DNA of 64,000 nucleotides, taken from Mobula hypostoma. Taxonomy: Eukaryota. Of the stretch, positions 63,622 to 64,000 are shown one piece after another (within the stretch, counting starts at the first letter, position 1; the number at the start of each line of letters is the position of its first letter). The notes beneath the pieces are model-generated. The model saw only the letters and a list, made by a program, of their open reading frames with translations. It searched no databases and had not been told where the DNA came from. Location of the stretch: contig NC_086097.1 of the NCBI RefSeq assembly GCF_963921235.1, forward strand, positions 53,570,001 to 53,634,000. The letters are read 5' to 3'. The position numbers and the translations under genes are program-made.

Positions 63622-64000
63622 GTTGGGTGCTAATGCATCTTTTTTTTATATATAAAAGAAATACCATGGCTCTTGAAGGGACAAAAATCTCTTTTTCACA
63701 TCGAGGATACCCTTGTGATAGAGGGCATCAAGACAATGGTGAATGAGTTGAACCCAGCAGTTCAAAAATACCCACAATACACTGTGAGTTGACATCAACA
63801 AACAACTTAGGACCATTACACTACCTAGCTCCTCAAGCTTGTTCTGCCATTTAGAACATACAACAGTACAGCGCAGTACAGGCTCTTTGGCTCACAATGT
63901 TGTGCCCATCTCTGAGCTATTCTGAGATCAATCTAACCCTTCCCTTCCTTCCCCTGTAGCCCTCCAGTTTTCTTTCATCCATGTGCCTAAGAGTTTATTA

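Noticed and set aside
1..64000. CRISPR arrays, rRNA/tRNA genes or prokaryotic operons
   Set aside because: None seen; the sequence is eukaryotic and its repeats are TE-derived

Overview
Vertebrate genomic DNA made up mostly of transposable elements. The mix of CR1 LINEs with esterase ORF1, Neptune-type Penelope elements, Rex/RTE LINEs and Chapaev/hAT/Tc1 relics suggests a cartilaginous fish (inference only). The main finding is at ~1-5100 on the minus strand: a degraded endogenous foamy-like retrovirus. Its RT thumb/connection, RNase H and whole integrase align motif by motif with prototype foamy virus Pol, with a probable gag upstream and a probable env start running off the left edge. From ~8.6 to 26.5 kb a single CR1 LINE has been inflated by nested insertions: a chromodomain Gypsy, a second Gypsy with 134-bp LTRs and an 826-aa pol ORF, and a fold-back Penelope element carrying minimal hammerhead ribozyme motifs. 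The rest is CR1, Penelope and DNA-transposon fragments in AT-rich unique sequence. No host protein-coding gene could be confidently identified. All protein comparisons are manual translations against sequences recalled from memory, not database searches.
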